Shown piece after piece: positions 1 to 12,356 of a stretch of DNA of 64,000 nucleotides. The notes under the pieces are model-generated. The model was not told the origin of the DNA. It saw only the letters and a list, made by a program, of their open reading frames with translations, and did not search any database. Within the stretch, counting starts at the first letter, position 1. Every line of letters starts with the position of its first letter. This stretch comes from Chiloscyllium plagiosum (Eukaryota), in assembly GCF_004010195.1 (NCBI RefSeq), contig NC_057718.1, positions 83,028,215-83,092,214 on the forward strand, written 5' to 3'. Position numbers and translations under genes: made by a program.

Positions 1-90
1 CCTGAAGAAGGGCTTATGCCCGAAACGTCGATTCTCCTGTTCCCTGGATGCTGCCTGACCTGCTGCGCTTTTCCAGCAACACATTTCCAG
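1..90 (+). mobile_element. Penelope-like (Neptune-type) terminal repeat fragment with minimal hammerhead ribozyme motif
   Basis: CTGAAGA-A-GGGC-TTAT-GCCC-GAAACGTC at 2-29. The same module ends the RT/GIY-YIG Penelope at 15612-15700. Confidence 0.8.
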
Positions 91-1630
91 TTCCCCAATT
101 CTTTCCATACAGATTCAACACTTACTTGGTTTCTTACCATTGATTTAATTTCATTTCTTACTAATAAGGCGATCCCACCCCCTCTGTCCACCTGCCTATC
201 CTTGAATATTCAGCTCCCAATCCCGACCCCCTTGCAGCCACGTCTCGTGATACCCATGTCATACCTAACAATTCTGATCTGCATCACAAGCTCATATACC
301 TTATTCCCTATACTGTGTGCATTCAGATATAACATCTTCAATCCTGTATTAACCGTCCCTCTTCTCATTGTCATTCATTTATCCAGTGTGCTTGAAGTTT
401 GATTGCTAACCCTTTCCAAATACTTTGTTCTATTTGTGTCTCTGCTGGAGATTTTAATAACTTCTCCTGAGTTCTGCATTCTTACCTCCTCTAATTCAGG
501 TTTTCAAATTTCTCCTATAACTGAACCCTCCTCTCCCCCCACCATTTAGTTTAAAGCCTTGTCTACAGCCCTTGTTATGTGATTCACTAGGACTCTGGTC
601 CCAGCACAGTTCAGATGAAGACCATCCCATTGGAACAGGTCCCTTCTTCCTCTGTACTGGTGCCAATGTCACATGAAGTCAAACCCATTTCTCCCACACC
701 AAACTTTGAGTCTGCTTTAATCTGCTTTAATCTCAGGTAGTAATTCAGAGATTATTACCTTTTTGGTTCTGCTTTCCAATTAAGCTCCTATCTTTTCATA
801 CTTCCTTAGCAGAACCTCTGTCCTAGTTTTACCATGTGGACCATGACCACTTGATCTTTACCGTCCCACTCCAAGTTCCTCTGCAGCCCAGATGAGATAT
901 CCCGAACCTGAGCACTAGGCAGGTAAATCAACCTTAGGGACTCTCGATCCTGGTCACAGAGAACTGTGTCTATGCCTCTAATTATACTATCCCCACTTAC
1001 AATGTTTCTCTTCTCTCCCCCCACTTGAATCGCTCCCTGTACCACGGTATAGTGGTCAGTCATTTCATCCTCCCTGCAGACCCCATTCCCAACCACACAG
1101 GGAGCAAAACTCTTGAACCTGTTGGACAAGGAAGTGTACTGAGGCTCCTGCAACTCTACATCCTGGATCCCTCTACCTGCCTCACTCAGAGCCAAACCCT
1201 CCTGTCCCTGACCACTGGCTAGATTTGTGTCAGTTAGTCTAAGGGGTGTGACCGTCTCCTGAAACACAGCGTCTGGGTAACTCTCCCCCTCCCTGATTGT
1301 TGCAGTGTTTGAAGCTCAGACTCCAGCTCGACTCTGAGCCAGAATTCTTCCAGCAACCATTTACTACCGACATGGTCTCAGGGAACCACAATGGGACCCA
1401 CCAGCTCCAACATCATGCAGAAACAACACATCACCTGACCCTCCATCCTTATCTTATTTAATTAGTTTTGAATATGATTTTTAACTGTTTTTATATCTGC
1501 TTATTTTCTCAACCTGAATGCAAGTTGTAACCAATAAGTTGTAACCAATAAATTAACAAGATTCAATTTAGCACGGATTCAAAGTTAGCAGACCCCTTAG
1601 TAGCCAATCAAATCACAGCCCTCCTGTGAT
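91..1630 (-). mobile_element. CR1 LINE 5' portion: ORF1 (Cys-rich N-terminus plus SGNH/GDSL esterase, about 540-1446) and start of ORF2 APE endonuclease (about 90-480), decayed
   Basis: ORF 806-1267 reads ...NIVSGDSIIRGIDTVLCDQDRESLRLIYLPSAQVRDISSGLQRNL..VVMVH, typical of CR1 ORF1 esterase. Downstream minus frames give YLNAHSI and ITETWL endonuclease motifs. Confidence 0.85.
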
Positions 1631-1644
1631 GTTACCTTACAGTT

Positions 1645-1790
1645 CACCTTGTGTCTTTCACTATGTCTCACACCTGCATACACACATGGGTGCTGGGGAA
1701 AAATAAGCACTACTGCAGTTAGACGATAGGGTGGGGGTAAATAAGAAAAAAAATGATGAGGAGTGTCAGACAAAGGAAAAAAAGAAAAAA
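1645..1790 (+). mobile_element. 5'-truncated non-LTR retrotransposon 3' end with A-rich tail and 14-bp TSD
   Basis: GTTACCTTACAGTT is repeated at 1631-1644 and 1791-1804, with an A-rich tail before the second copy. Homologous sequence occurs inverted at about 39595-39660. Confidence 0.75.
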
Positions 1791-3496
1791 GTTACCTTAC
1801 AGTTATCCCTTCAGTCAAAGCCCTCAGAATAATTGAAATGACTCTCTTTTCCATGGTTTCAATGGTTTGTTTGTTTTATCTGTAAAGTAGTTGAAACTGA
1901 CCCATTCAGACAGGTAATTGAGAATTTTCTGTTCAGTTCAATGGTTTAAACCAAACATAAACACTCTGCGGTTGCCTCCAGCTGTTGCTTTTACTGTGTT
2001 GGACGGTCACACCTACCTGCTCTCGTTAGTTCCCTTTTTATCACTATTTTTGTCACTGAAAACTTTGATTCTGATCTAATGAAGTTTCCCTGATTCAATT
2101 AATTCTCCCCTTTTATTCTTTCCTGCCCTGTGGGTTTCTGCTAAACTCCACAACTGCAGTCTTGGGTCGTTTTAATTTGGTCTATCTTGTGATAGTAAAA
2201 TATACTACTGAAACACGGTTTTATGAATGAATGAATGAGACCATGTTATAGTAGGGATTTGTGAATGAGTAGATATAAAGTGCCTGTGAGTGGGTTATGG
2301 AAGAGACCTATAATCTTGAATCCCACAGAGCAGAATGCCAGCAGCACTGTGTCACCTGCCCCAACCGCCTCGGACATACCTGTTCCCTCCGTCATCATTG
2401 CTGATGTCAGATCGGTCTTCCTGGAAGTCAACCCAAGGATAGTGGTGGGCCCAGATGGAGTCCCTGGCCATGCACTTAGATCTTACAAGGACCAGTTGGC
2501 AGAGATATTCACTGATATCTTCAACCTCTTCCTCCTACAAGCCAAGATACCCACCTGCTTCAACAGTACCGCCATCATCCTTGTACCAAAGAAACCACAT
2601 GCAACGTGCCTTAATGACTACTGTCCAGTGGCTCTGACCTCAATAATCATTAAGTGCTTCAAAAGGCTGGTTATGGCCCATATCAGCTCGAGCCTCCCAG
2701 CCTGCCTCGATCTCCCTGCAATTTGCCTGCCAACATCACAGGCCCACACTCACCCCCGGAACATCTGGACAACAAGGACACTTACTTGAGACTCCTACTC
2801 ATCAAATACAGCTCCGTTTCAACACTATAATTCCCTCCAGACCGATCTCCAAACTCCAAGACCTAGGTCTCAGCTCCGCCTTCTGCAACTGGATCCTCAG
2901 CTTCCTGACCCACAGACCACAATCAGTGAAGATAGGTAATGGCACCTTTTCCACAATAACTCTCAACACTAGAGACCATCGAGGATGTATTCTCAGCCTC
3001 CTACTGTATTCCCGACTGTGTAGCTAAATTCTGAACCAATGCCATCTACAAGCTTGCTGATGACATCGCCATGGTAGGACAGATGAATCCTACCAAACAA
3101 CGATGAGTCAGAATACAGGAAAGAGATAGAGAGCTTGGTTGCATGGTGCAATTAGACCAACCTCTCTCTCAATGTTGGCATAATAAAAGAACTGACCATT
3201 GACTTCAAGAAGGAAAGAGGAGGTCACGCCCCCATCTACATCAACAGAGCTGAGATGGAGAGGGTCGAGAGTGTCGTTCCTGGGAGTGACGATAACCAAA
3301 AATCTATCCTTGACTTCCCATGTGGATGCGACGGTCATGAAGGCACAACACTGCTTCTTCCTCAGTTGGCTTAGGAAATTCAGCATGTCCATAAGGACCC
3401 TCACCAACTTCTACAGATTCACCACATAAAGCATACTGTCTGGCTGCATAAGAAACAACATAAGGTCGTGTGCACAGCCCAGACCATCACAGAACC

Positions 3497-4575
3497 CAAT
3501 GGGCTGACAAACAGCAAGTAACATGCACTCCACACAAATGCCAGGCTATGACCATCACCAATAAGAGACATTCTAATCACTGCCCCTTGACATTCAATAG
3601 TGTTACCATCACTGAATCCCGCACCATCAATATCCTTTGAGTTATCATTGATCAGAAACTCATCTGGACTCACCACATAAACACAGTGGCTACAAGAGCA
3701 GGTGAGAGGCTAGTAATACTGTGGCAAGTAACTCACTTCCTGATTCCCCAGTGCCTGTTCACCATCTACAAGGCACAAGTCACAATGCAATGGAATACTT
3801 CCAACCGGTCTGGATGCGTGCAGCCCCAACAATATTCAAGAAGCTTGACACCATCCAGGACAAACCAGCCCGCTTTAGATTAGAGATTAGATTAGATTAC
3901 TACAGTGTGGAAACAGGCCCTTCGGCCCAACAAGTCCACACTGACCCTCTGAAGCATAACCCACCCAGACACATTTCCCTCTGACTAATGCACCTAACAC
4001 TATGGCAATTTAGCATGGCCAATTCACCTGACCTGCACATCTTTGGACTGTGGGAGGAAACCGGAGCACCCGGAGAAAATCCACGCAGACAGTCACCTGA
4101 GGCTGGAATCGAACCTGGTACCCTGGTGCTGTGAGGCAGCAATGCTAACCACTGAGTCACATTTGATTGGCATTATATCACAAGCCTCCACTCCCTCCAC
4201 CACCAACACTCAGTAGCAGCAGTATGTACTATCTACAAGATGTACTGCAGAAAATCACCAAAGATCCTCAGACAGCACCTTCCAACCCACGACCATTTCC
4301 ATCTAGCAGATATAAGGAAAAACTACCACCTTCAAGTTCCCATCCAATCTACTGACCATCCTGACTTGGAAATATATCGCCGTTCCTTCACTGTCGCTAG
4401 GTCAAAATCCTGGAATTCCCTCCCTAATGGCATTGTGGGTCAACCCACAGCAGGTGGGTTGCAGTGGTTCAGGAAGGCAGCTCCCCAACACCTTCTCAAG
4501 GGCAACTAGGCACAGGTAATAAATGTTAGCCAGCCAGCAATGCTCACATCCTAAAAAATGAATCAATAAAAAAAA
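3497..4575 (+). mobile_element. CR1/L2-group LINE 3' fragment nested in Rex1
   Basis: RT C-terminal residues (TIYKAQV..MEY..PVW; WNSLPNGIV) and a 3' tail GGGCAACTAGG..AATAAATG..CACATCC..AATGAATCAATAAAAAAAA. Confidence 0.7.
3877..4160 (-). mobile_element. HE1-type tRNA-derived V-SINE
   Basis: The minus strand reads CAGTGGTTAGCATTGCTGCCTCACAGC..GGTTCGATTCC (A/B boxes), then the V-domain GGGTGCTCCGGTTTCCTCCCACAGTCCAAAGA and a (TAATC)n tail. Confidence 0.9.
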
Positions 4576-4977
4576 TTCCCATCCATGGACCCCCATTTAT
4601 ACTTCTGGTTGCTGTGGAAAGACTGCCAGCAATATCAAAGACCCCTCCCACTCAGATAATGCTCTCTTACAACCTCTTCCACCAGGCAGAAGATACAGAC
4701 ATTTGAATACATGCACCAACAAGTTCAAGAATAGCTTCTTCCCTGCTGTTATTCACCTGCTGAATGGACTCTCTCACTTCAAATAATGTTAAATCTTGCT
4801 AATGTTGATCTTGCTTTGTGTACATCCTGTGCAGTTGTAATCTGTAGGCCTCGCTCTGTGTAAGCACCCTATGATCTATATGTTCTCGTTTGCTAGGATC
4901 TGCCTGCACTGCTCACAAAACAAAGCTTTTCATTGTACTTAGGTGCATATCATTACAATATATCAAATCAAATCAAA

Positions 4978-7210
4978 TTAGATAACAAGAGTCCAGGGAC
5001 AGCATGTACCTGTTAATGTGAAGGGCAAAGCTGGGAGGTAGAGGGAGTGGTGGATGACTGGAGAAATTGAGGCTCTGATCAAGAGAAAGAAGGAAGCATA
5101 TGTCAGGTATAAACAGCTGGAATTCAGTGAATCCCTAGAGGAGTATGAGGGCAGCATTAATATACCTAATAGAGAAATCAAGAGGGTAAATAGGGGACAT
5201 GGGAAAGCTTTGGCAAATAGGATTATGGAGAAAACAAAGGATTCTACAAATAAGTTAAGGACAAAAGAATAACCAGGGAGAGAATAGGGCCCCTTAAAGA
5301 TTAGGTAAAAACAATGACTGCAGATGCTGGAAACCAGATTCTGGATTAGTGGTGCTGGAAGAGCACAGCAATTCAGGCAGCATCCGAGGACAGGCAAAAT
5401 CGAAGTTTCGGGCAAAAGCCCTTCATCAGGAATAAAGGCAGAGAGCACACCAGATGGCCTCCTTCTTTAGAGACCGCAATTTCCCTTCCCACGTGGTTAA
5501 AGGCTAATCCAGAACCCCTTAAAGATTAGCAAGGTCACCAGTGTGTGGAACCACAAGAGACAGGGGAGATACTGAAGGGATATTTTGCATCACTGTTTAC
5601 TATGGAGAAGGATATGGAAGCTGGAGAACTTGGGGAAATAAATAGTGATATCTTGAGAAGTGTCATATTACAGACAAGGAGGTGCTGGATGTTGTAAAAT
5701 GCATAAAGGTGGATAAATCCCCAGGACCTGTTCAACTGTTCCCTAAAGTTTTGTGTGAAGCTAGGTAAGCGACTGCTGGGCCTCTTACTGAGGTACTTGT
5801 ATCATCGATAGCCATGAGTGATATGCCAGAAGACTGGAGACTGGCTCAGGTTGTACTGTTATTTAAGTAAAATAGTAAGGAAAGCCAGGGAACTAAAACT
5901 GACATCAGCGGTGGGCAATTTGTTGGAGAGTATTCTGAGGGACAGGATTTACATGTATTTGAAAAGGCAAGGACTGATTAGAGATAGTCAACATGGCTTT
6001 GTGCGTGGGAAATCATGCCTCACTGACTTGATTGAGTTTTTTGGACAAGTTACGAACAGGGTTAATGAGGGTAGGGCAGTGGATGTGATCGATGTGGACT
6101 TAAGTAAGGCATTCGACGAGATTCCTCATGGTAGGCTGGTTAGCAAGGTTAGATCACATGGAATACAGGAAGAACTGGCCATTTGGATACAGAACTGGCT
6201 CAAAGGTTGCAGTGGTGGTGGAGGGTTCTTTCAGACTGGAGGCCTATGACCAGTGGAGTGCCACAAGGATCAATGCTGGGACCACAACTTTTCATTATTT
6301 ATATAAATGATTTGGATCTGAATATAAAGCGCATAGTTAGTAAATTTGCAGATGACACAGAAATTGGAGGTGTAGTGGACAGTGAAGAAGATTACCTCAG
6401 AACACAATGGGACCTTGATCAAATGGGCCAAAGGCTGAGGAGTGGTAGATGGAGTTTAATTAAGATAAATGAGAGGTGCTGCATTTTGGGAAGGCAAATC
6501 AGGACAGGACTTATATACTTAATGGGGAGTGTTGCTAAACAAAGAGACCTTGGAGTGCAGGTTCATAGTTCCTTGAAAGTCAAGTTGCAGATAGACAGGA
6601 TACTTGCCTTTATTGGTCAGTGCATCGAGTACAGGAATTGGGAAGTCATGGTGCAGATATATAGGACATTGGTTAGGCCACTTTTGGAATACTGCATTCA
6701 ATTCTGGTCTCCCTGCTATAGGAAAGATGTTGTGAAATTTGAAAGGGTTCAGAAAAGACTTACAAGAATGTTGGCAGGGTTGGAGGGTTTGAGCTACAGG
6801 GAGAGGCTGAGCAGGCTGAGGCTGTTTTCCCTGGAGCATCGGAGGCTGAGGGGTGACCTTATAAAATTATGGGGGGGAGGCATGGATAAGGTCAAGGTCT
6901 TTTCACCAGGATAGAGGAGTCCATAAACTAGAGGACATTGGTTTAAGGTGAGAGGACAAAGATATAAAAGGGGCCTCAGGGACAATGTTTTCATGTAGAG
7001 GATGATGCATGTATGGAATGAGCTGCAAGAGGAAGTATTGGAGGCTGGTACAAATTACAACATTTAAAAGGCATCTGAAGGGATTTATGGAAAGGAAAGG
7101 TTCAGAGGCCAAATGTTGGCAAATGGGACTAGATTAACAGGATATCTGGTCAGTACAGACGAGTTGGACCAAAGGATCTGTTTTGTGCTATACATCTTTA
7201 TGACTCAATG
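4978..7210 (+). mobile_element. CR1 (HER1-like) LINE ORF2 RT pseudogene, 5'-truncated
   Basis: SQHGFVRGKSCLTDLIEFF, DLSKAFD, SGVPQGSMLGPQLF, KFADD, YRTLVRPLLEYC, and a 3' tail ending TATGACTC. Confidence 0.95.
5305..5514. mobile_element. Mini-Penelope insertion (minus pLTR with hammerhead motif plus short internal fragment) inside CR1, 15-bp TSD
   Basis: CCCCTTAAAGATTAG at 5290-5304 and 5515-5529. The minus strand reads CTGATGAAGGGCTTTTGCCCGAAAC at about 5405-5429. Confidence 0.85.
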
Positions 7211-7564
7211 GGAGGAGGAGAGGGTATGCAACTGACAAAGGGTGCAAGTAGTCCACACGAGATGGATCAATCAATTAGGAGACCCAGCTGCAACAATTAG
7301 CAGAGAAGGACACTGAGTCTGAGCCTGAAGATAAGCCTACTAAACCCCACTAATCTTATGAATACACATATGAACCACAAACCTTCAGTTTACTGTTAAT
7401 GCTTATATGCTCAAAATGTGAACCAGCATAGGGCCGAATATCCTCCTTCTGTGCTGTAACAATTTTGTGATTCTGTGATTCAGTAACTCCACAATTTTTC
7501 TACTCTCATTCCTTACTGAACAGAGATACCAATATATTTCTATATGTAAAACAAAGATGACTAC

Positions 7565-8140
7565 TAGGAGAAAGTGAGGACTGCAGATGCTGGAGTTCAG
7601 AGTTGAAGAGCTTAGTGCTGGAAAAGCACAGCAGGTCAGGCAACATCCGAGGAGCAGAAGAATTAACGTTTCGGGCATAAGTCCTTCATCAAGAATGAAG
7701 CTTTCAGGCCACAGGGGCTGAGAGATAAATGGGAGGGGAGTGGGGCTTGGGGTGAGGTAGCTGGGAATGTGATAGGTAGATGAAGATGGGGGTGAAAATG
7801 ATAGGTCAGAGAAGGTGGAGCAGATAGGTGGGAAGTAGTATGGACAGGTAGGCCCTTTCAAAAGGGTGGTGCCGGGTTGGAAGGTGGCCTGGGATAAGTT
7901 GGGGGGAGAGGAAATGGGGAAACTGGTGAAATCCACATTGATCCCATGTCATTGGAGGTCCCAAGGCAGACGTTGAGGCATTCTTCCTCCAGGTATCGGG
8001 TGGTTAGGGTTTGGCGATGGAGGAGGCCCAGGACCTGCATGTGCTTGGTGGAGTTGGAAGGGGAGTTAAAGTGTTCAGCCATAGTGCAATGGGGTTGGTT
8101 AGTGAGGGTGTCCCAGAGATGTTCTCTGAAACGATCCAAA
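7565..8140 (-). mobile_element. Neptune-type Penelope 3' fragment (GIY-YIG C-terminus plus pLTR)
   Basis: ORF 7858-8139 reads RFREHL..MAEHFNSPSNSTKHMQVLGLLHRQTLTTRYLEEECL..LGT. A degenerate hammerhead motif lies at about 7666-7692. Confidence 0.85.
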
Positions 8141-8599
8141 AGTCATCTGCTAACTACAGGCCTAATGACACTGGTGCACAAACTTTGTATATATGCATAT
8201 AATGAAAGCTATGCCGGCACAAAAATTATGATAGGGCTTACCATCAGTGTGTTGAACGTCCTTCCACTGCCTGGTCCACACTGGAGGAGCCATACGATAG
8301 CCAGCAACATTTCACTCAAGAGGTATAGTGGACTGCTGTAGTCTGCACAACACTGGCACCATGAGGAGACATCCCTTGCCACCAACTGTATATTGAAGAC
8401 CTGAGGAACAGGAACATGAAAAGGAGGGAGAGAAGAAGGAGAGAGGGAAAGACAGGGTTAGACTCAGGGTTAGTTGGCCAAGTAAAATTCATTTCAGAGC
8501 AAAACCAGTAATTACAAGCCCAATGCCCCTTCTGCTAACAGTCCCACACCTCACCTGCCCTCTTTCATTCTTGTTTGCTGAGCCTTAATAGAAAACTAA

Positions 8600-10130
8600 A
8601 AGTCACCGAAGATAAAAATTCCATACCAAACTTTTTCAGTACAATCATGCCATATTGCATGCAGAAGTCATTGCATGCATTTTTTCCTAAGTTCTATGTG
8701 CCTTTGCCTGTCCTACTGTTCCAATGTTGTGCATAGTTGATGGATATCTGTTGATTTTTAGTGAGAAGTGACCTTACAGGATGACCCCAAAAGCTCTGGC
8801 CTGAGAAGGCCTGGTTGCAGCCTTAGGTGGTAGCTGTCTCAATGCTGCCTGAGAGGCAACAATAAGGGCACTGGCAGAGTGGCTGTGGTGGAAAGATGAA
8901 AACTGTCTTCCTGAGAGAAAACAACAGTTTTGTGGCCCATGAAACCATTGCCACGTGCCCCAGAGCAATGTCTTAGAAATTCTAATCATCTGTTGGATGG
9001 TGGATTGCTGCACTGCCATGACCCTTTGCAAACATCTTACAGGGTAATCCAGAACCATGATGGCAGCGAGCTGATCTTGCATGAACTCAGTCCAAGATTT
9101 CACAGCAGAACTCAGACATTCTTGTGCTGCAGTGAAGGCTGAGACACAACTATCAGGTCCAGCAGCATGCTTGGGTCCACATGTGTGAGCAGAGTTTGCT
9201 AACACTTCCAGTTTGGAAAGGACAGACTCCAAGCTCTGTGCAAAAGCTGTATTAAATAACAGCCAGACTCTTCCATGCTCCTTGACATTGACAGCAGGCT
9301 TCCCAATAAACCAAGCATTTAATTCCTGAGGGAAACACAAGGATCAGGTTGTGCAGGGAATTAAAGGGGTGATGATGGGGAAATAGGAGGTGTATATTTT
9401 CACCATCTGCAGCTTATAAATCAGAAGAGTTCTATGAGGATGAGGATTGGGTGGGAGATACCTGAGGCCATCGTTGATAGTTTTTAGCAGCCCCACAACC
9501 ACACATTTATGGTTATCCCATAAATGGTCAATACCATGTATAAAATAGGGGTTCAGACATGTAGACTCATCTGTCTCCCAATGATTATCTCCTGCTGCCT
9601 CCAGTTGTATGCTGTCTTGAAAAAGACAATTTAAAGTATATGAGTGAGGGTTGTGCAATCTGTTGCACGAATTGATTCTCATCATGAATTCATGTGTGAG
9701 GTCTGCAGTTATGCTAAATGATAGGTGAAGCATATGAATGGCAGGTTCAAGTGCTGATTGGTAGAAATTTCTAGAAATTTCTAAATTAATTATATTTGAG
9801 CTTTGTAATGTAGTTGGTACAATATTGTACACCCTTGACTATCTGGGCGAGATCAAATCTCATGCAACTTCTTTGCTTCTCAGGGTTTGATTCCTGACAC
9901 AGGTTTCTGCTCCCACCATTTTTTGAAGAACAACAGCATTCACCACCATCCCCAATCCCCCCAGCAGGCACAGAGCTGCTCTGCTTCTTTTCACTTCCTT
10001 CACGAAGTACAATCCCAAAAATCTTGGGAATCCACACTCTGCCAGGTGACTCAACTTGTCAATGTTCCCTTGCACTATTTCCAGCACTTTCTCCAGTCAC
10101 AAAGCAACTCCCCTTTAAGAGGTGTAAGTT
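8600..10130 (-). mobile_element. Probable ancient PIF/Harbinger Myb/SANT-like accessory gene remnant
   Basis: Minus-strand AECGFPRFLG..FVKEVKRSRAAL and KKLH near 9850-10045 resemble the PRF..E..L..EV..R N-terminus of Harbinger Myb-like proteins. It is heavily decayed. Confidence 0.4.
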
Positions 10131-10488
10131 AGCCCTAAGACAGCTATATATCATGCTCGCCACTCCACAGTATTGGCCACATATTGTTGAGAGAACAGAA
10201 ACTTGGAGTTAGTGGTGTCCTCATGAGTCTGCTTGCCTTGTTTTCATTGGTGGTAGAGGTCATAGTTTAGAATTTCTAGAAAGTTGGCAAGTTGCTGTGA
10301 TGTATCAGCACAGTCAGTACAACATGTTGTGCTGCTGGTAGAGAAAATTAATGCTTAAGGTCATGGATCGAAGGCCAATCAAGTGGACAGTTTTGTCCTG
10401 GTTGAAGCTGCACTCATCAAAGCAATGGAATCCATTCCATCACATTATTGATGCCACAGGAGAAAAGGGCATATAAATTTCAGTAATA

Positions 10489-10737
10489 CAGAGCAACCCC
10501 TGTATCCACGGAATCATTTTCCACAGTTTCAGTTACCTGAGGTTTATCGCGGCCCGAACATATTATAGGGAACCTTCTGGAACTGGGGTGGGGGGGGCCG
10601 CTGTGAAAGTAAGTTTCCCATTGAAATGAATGGATTCACTCCTATCCGCGATTTAGGGCTTCCACAGTAGGTCTTGGAAGGTATCCCCCATGTGTACAGT
10701 GGAGGGAGGGGGGGGGCGGGGGGAAGAGAGACTACTG
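10489..10737. mobile_element. Tigger/pogo-type (Tc1-mariner) MITE
   Basis: TA|CAG...CTACTG|TA ends. The minus strand reads CAGTAGTC..GGGGGATACCTTCCAAGACC, which resembles Tigger-family TIR and subterminal sequence. Confidence 0.7.
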
Positions 10738-11522
10738 TACTCAAGTACCAAATAACTGAGGCAGAAGTGCAATAAAACACATTTTTAAAAAGGTGTTCTT
10801 TTTTCTCTTGTTTTTACCAACATATTAAAACATTATAAATTGTAAGTGAGACAAAGTTGAGATCCTTTTTTTGCCACCTACAGAACTAACTCCAAGAAGG
10901 ATAAGGATTTTCTCAGCGTGACAAAAACATTTTTTTTAAAAAAAAGTCATAGTTGATACTGGTGAGATTGGAGCTCCATCGTGAGGCATTCAAGATAAGT
11001 TGAACCAGAACAAGTCATTCATTAGTTTTACTGTCTTTCCCTTCTGGAACTTATTGTGGTATCCTAAAAAGACATCTTACTTCACTGCTAACTTGTCTGA
11101 ACAGCATTCTTATTTTTCACATTATACCATATTTATTTTTCATTTTATCTTTAAAATATTAAAGACCTATTCACTGATGCAGCCAGACAGGAAGTCACTT
11201 GTTCACTGATAGCATCTGCAAATTTGTGGAAGTGCTCCACCTAGTGTTCCAGAGATAAAGTCTTAGTTTTATGGTTGATTGACTTTCATAATTTGCAAAA
11301 CACTGACACCCTGTTCCACACAGTTGTGATAACATATGCATCATGATATAATCGTTCCTTACTCATCAACGACTGTAGAATGTCCAAGAAGAAAGAAAGT
11401 GAATAATAAAATCTATAGGACAAAGTGAGGACCGCAGATGCTGGAGACCAGAGTTTAAAAGTGTGGTGCTGGAAAAGCGCAGCAGGTCAGTCAGCATCCG
11501 AGGAGCAGGAAAATCGCCGTTA

Positions 11523-12356
11523 NNNNNNNNNNNNNNNNNNNNNNNNNNNNNNNNNNNNNNNNNNNNNNNNNNNNNNNNNNNNNNNNNNNNNNNNNNNNNN
11601 NNNNNNNNNNNNNNNNNNNNNNNNNNNNNNNNNNNNNNNNNNNNNNNNNNNNNNNNNNNNNNNNNNNNNNNNNNNNNNNNNNNNNNNNNNNNNNNNNNNN
11701 NNNNNNNNNNNNNNNNNNNNNNNNNNNNNNNNNNNNNNNNNNNNNNNNNNNNNNNNNNNNNNNNNNNNNNNNNNNNNNNNNNNNNNNNNNNNNNNNNNNN
11801 NNNNNNNNNNNNNNNNNNNNNNNNNNNNNNNNNNNNNNNNNNNNNNNNNNNNNNNNNNNNNNNNNNNNNNNNNNNNNNNNNNNNNNNNNNNNNNNNNNNN
11901 NNNNNNNNNNNNNNNNNNNNNNNNNNNNNNNNNNNNNNNNNNNNNNNNNNNNNNNNNNNNNNNNNNNNNNNNNNNNNNNNNNNNNNNNNNNNNNNNNNNN
12001 NNNNNNNNNNNNNNNNNNNNNNNNNNNNNNNNNNNNNNNNNNNNNNNNNNNNNNNNNNNNNNNNNNNNNNNNNNNNNNNNNNNNNNNNNNNNNNNNNNNN
12101 NNNNNNNNNNNNNNNNNNNNNNNNNNNNNNNNNNNNNNNNNNNNNNNNNNNNNNNNNNNNNNNNNNNNNNNNNNNNNNNNNNNNNNNNNNNNNNNNNNNN
12201 NNNNNNNNNNNNNNNNNNNNNNNNNNNNNNNNNNNNNNNNNNNNNNNNNNNNNNNNNNNNNNNNNNNNNNNNNNNNNNNNNNNNNNNNNNNNNNNNNNNN
12301 NNNNNNNNNNNNNNNNNNNNNNNNNNNNNNNNNNNNNNNNNNNNNNNNNNNNNNNN
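11523..12356. other. Assembly gap
   Basis: Run of N. Confidence 1.

Larger units (their letters stand above)
2325..4977 (+). mobile_element. Rex1/Babar-clade LINE RT pseudogene, 5'-truncated, interrupted at about 3497-4575
   Basis: ORF 2265-2789 reads [65 protein letters not shown]. The ADD motif is near 3055 and FLGVTIT near 3277. It resumes about 4578 and ends in an (ATCAA)n tail. Confidence 0.85.

Noticed and set aside
8774..9832. Minus-strand ORFs of 188 aa and 162 aa as possible host genes
   Set aside because: No recognisable domain or exon structure. More consistent with decayed transposon accessory sequence or chance ORFs.
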